Assembly: GCF_006345805.1 (NCBI RefSeq)
Contig: NW_021829870.1
Location: 1-35,414 of the forward strand
Direction: 5' to 3'
Length of the DNA: 35,414 nt
Origin: Octopus sinensis
Taxonomy: Eukaryota
The notes beneath the pieces were generated by a model. It saw only the letters and a program-made list of their open reading frames with translations. It was not told where the DNA came from and did no database searches. The position numbers and the translations under genes are program-made. This document shows positions 32,149-35,414 of the stretch, one piece after another (position 1 is the stretch's first letter; each line of letters opens with the position of its first letter).

Positions 32149-32742
32149 CCACTGTTCCAAAGATGAAGTATATATAATATATACCTATATGTATGTATGC
32201 ACATATATGTATGCATGTGTATATACATGCACATGCGCGCGCGCAAGCACAGACACGCTAGATGTAGCCTTAGTTTTGGTGGTGCTGTTGTGATGTGACT
32301 GGTGATGGTGGCGGCAGGAGTGATAGTAGGCAGCCATCCTGCTGGTAGTTGTGGTGGTATATGCGAAGTCAGTAATATCCGTGACAAAACCAATCAATAA
32401 TATCCGTGACAAAACTTCTCTTAACAGATTCGAGAAAAAGTGAAGTTAATGTAATTTAAACTATGAACAGTTCTAAGTGATTCGAACGACTTTTGATGTT
32501 GCTGACTCTATGTCTTCATATATACATACATGTATGCATGAATGCATGTATATATATGTGCATGTGTGTATGCGTTTATATGTGTTAGTGCGTGTGTTTA
32601 TACCTATTTGTGTGTCTGTGTATGTATGTATGTATGTATGTATGTATGTATGTATGTATGTATGCGTATATATATATATATATATTATACGCACACACAC
32701 ATATATATGCATATATATGCATATATATATGCATATATATGC

Positions 32743-32799
<57 letters not shown>

Positions 32800-33569
32800 A
32801 GATAGATAGATAGATAAGTAAAAGACAGGAAATAGAATTAACATTTTTTGTTTAAAATCACTACAATTGTTTCGACGCACTCTCGCACCTGTGGTTCATG
32901 AGTGAAATGTTGTACTGTCCATTATTTTACATCTCAAGTGTAGAAAGCGCCTCCTCAGATGATTGCTCAAATAAGTCGCTCGTTAGATTTTCTCGCTATT
33001 TCACTTAGTTTAACAATGTATGCCTAGAATTATGTGCCATTCCAGTAATTCACAAACATAATTGTCTGTGAGCTGCTGGGTTAGTGTATATGCGTGCAAA
33101 TATGGTGTACGGTGGGTGTTTGTTTATGTATGCGTGCTGGATGCACTGGTATGTCAAATGCGCACTTGTGCTCATGCGTATGTTTTAGGCGTGGTGTGTA
33201 TACGTGTACATGTGCGTGTATGTGAATATGCGTGTGTGTATGCGATAATTTTAGAAGTGTATACATATACCTTTCGTGTGTGTATACGCGAAGATGGGTA
33301 TGCCGATTTATGTGAAGTGCAGCGAAGTATGTAATGTAAGAAGCGAGAGTATGTAACTGGTGTGTTGGTGAGTCTTCGCGTAGCTGCTGTGCGTTGTATG
33401 ATGTATATGTGGGTGTGAAACAATAAAGGGTGTGTATGTTGCTTTTTTTGCAGTGTGTATGTATACAAGTGAAGCCAGGAGAATGTGTGGTCAAGTGTGC
33501 GCTAACAGGTATGAAGGTCAGAGAATTAGGGGCTGAGTATGCGTCTTAAGCTGATGTGTGAGATAACCT

Positions 33570-33985
33570 GACTTGATGTATGAAATAAACTGGAGTTGAG
33601 AATTTATGCCATAGGAGTGAATATTGGAAGAGGGAAATGAGTTTCTTTCCCGTCTATAAGGTGGGAGATCCGGTGGGCTAGGCCAGATTGAAAACGAGAG
33701 GTGTTGGGTAGTCAGTGAAGTGGAAGTGTCGACCGATAAGCGAGCTGTAGCCAAGTTGGATGTCTTTAAGGTGCTATGCATATCTCTCAACCAGTCGGCA
33801 GACTGTTTGCCCTATATAAATCGATTCAGATAAGGAACATTTGGGCTCATAGACAAGGTTAGTGGAGATGCAATAGAAAAGTCCCTGGCGAGGAAGGTAC
33901 AGTAGTTGGTTATAGTAAGAGTTCTAGTGTTAAAGATTAAAGCACATGTATGGCAGCAGGGATAAGAGCAGAAGGGAACTGGGTT
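33570..33985 (-). mobile_element. Penelope-like element GIY-YIG endonuclease remnant 3 (different lineage)
   Basis: CCHTC...FYCISTNLVYEPKCSLSESIYIGQTVCRLVERYA*HLKDI...IGRHF contains the (V)Y...(Y)IG motif and downstream R/H residues. Confidence 0.85.
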
Positions 33986-34298
33986 GAAAGTGAGGTTACG
34001 GTCAATGAGATAACAGAGACCAAAAGGCTTCAAGACGCTACCCCAACATGGCCGTAGTCTAATGATTGAAACAAGTAAAAAAAATAATAAAAAGATAAAG
34101 GATACGTTTGTATTAGATTTGATTAAATTCTGTAATAGATACACGGCCACTAGCGTAACTTGTGGGGGGCAGTAGAGGCAGTCCACCCCAGGCGGCACTT
34201 TGGGGTCTGCTGTAGGCAATGTCTGTTATTTGTGGTGTCTAATGTTATGATAATACTGGTAGTTGAGAGGGAGAGAGAGTAAGAGAGAAAATGTGACA

Positions 34299-34337
<39 letters not shown>

Positions 34338-34596
34338 AATTGAAATCTGTAATGTGAAACATCCCAATATACTGGACAAACGTATAATGTATTTATCAAG
34401 GTATTACAGGAAATAAGTATATCGGACTCCAGGCTTTGAGATTTTAAAGTTTCATATGTCTACCTACATAATCATCAGCGGACGATGAGTGAATGTATAA
34501 CCATGCATTTCTAGCAAATCATACTATCCTTGTTGAAGAAACGAAACGCAACAGAGCAAGCAAAGCGACCCAAAGTATAGGAAATATGTACAAATA

Positions 34597-34757
34597 AGTG
34601 CAGGTGTGGCTGAGTGGTAAGAGGCTTGCTTCCCAACCACATGGTTCCAGGTTCAGTCCAATTGTGTCACACCTTAGGGCAAGTGCCTTCTACAATGGCC
34701 CCAGGCCGACTAAAGCCTTGTGAAAGGATTTGGTGGACGGAGGCTGAGGAAGGTCCG

Positions 34758-34799
<42 letters not shown>

Positions 34800-35040
34800 C
34801 TGTGTGTCTGTGTGTGCCTTTGTGTCAGTGTTTGTTCCCTACGACTGCTTCATAACCGGTGCCGGTGTGTTTGCGTCTTCGTAACTTAACGCTTCGGCAA
34901 AATAGACCGTGAGAGTAAGTATCAGGCTTTTAAAAAAACAAGTACTGCGGTCGATACATTCGACTAAGAATTTCTTCGTGGCCGCTCCCCAGCATGGCCG
35001 CAAACTAATGACTGAAACTAGTAAAAGATAAAAGATAAAA
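34597..35040 (+). mobile_element. SINE family B, full length, diverged
   Basis: GCAGGTGTGGCTGAGTGGTAAG head, internal (TG)n and (TAAAAGA)n tail. Confidence 0.88.
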
Positions 35041-35414
35041 TATTCACAATATCTCTCGGGAATTAAATGTCATTATATGGAGTTCTTCGTTAAGAAAGTA
35101 CCGGACATTTGAATAGAAATCATAAAAATACACTTCTTTCTAAAGTGTTGACGTTTACTGTATACAAATTAGTATCCCCAGTTTTTTTTTGGGGGGGGGG
35201 GGTTCCTGGATACTGTAATCGTTAAGTATATAAACTGATTGGCTGTTTGTTCTTTGAGCTTCGTCAAACTGATGTAGACGTCTCTGATGAGAATCCAATA
35301 CGATTCAATAATCGGTTAAGGTTGTTCATTATTTTTATCGACCATCGTAGAAATAGCTAAATTAGCCCTGATAATATACAGGGCGCGGCAGAAGTAACAC
35401 TCTTTTATATTCTA

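Noticed and set aside
32373-32415. 18-bp direct repeat TAATATCCGTGACAAAAC with a 7-bp spacer
   Set aside because: Only two units; a simple local duplication, not a CRISPR-like array.
2923-33494. Dozens of track ORFs rich in YI, CV, HT, SL, YVCM or poly-V/S/R/G/H
   Set aside because: They are translations of di-, tri- and tetranucleotide microsatellites, which lack stops in some frames.

Overview
This is an AT-rich, microsatellite-dense stretch of animal genomic DNA. The repeat families look like those I recall from octopus/coleoid cephalopod genomes; that assignment is an inference from repeat sequence only. Most of the window appears intronic or intergenic. There is no intact protein-coding gene, and nearly all ORFs in the track are microsatellite or repeat artefacts. 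Recognisable content: (1) a decayed Tigger/pogo transposase (-, ~265-2278) interrupted by a dimeric SINE with a perfect 17-bp target-site duplication; (2) more than 20 copies of three tRNA-headed SINE families, labelled A, B and C here; (3) LINE fossils, namely a CR1/L2-type RT tail, an RTE-type endonuclease and three Penelope GIY-YIG endonuclease remnants; (4) two near-identical ~500-bp non-autonomous Helitrons in opposite orientation; (5) one well-formed 141-bp phase-1/phase-1 candidate exon (23072-23212, +) and a weaker second candidate (from 29984); (6) about ten short motifs with the architecture of Penelope-type minimal hammerhead ribozymes. One hammerhead has an intact core (15583-15617), several have variant cores (two share CCGACGA), and the rest are eroded. 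The hammerhead-bearing short elements are the most interesting signal, followed by the Helitron pair, the inverted SINE pairs and a small inverted-repeat family. A local duplication at 3.1-4.3 kb looks like a possible assembly artefact. All identifications were made by eye and from memory of family consensus sequences; no database searches were run.
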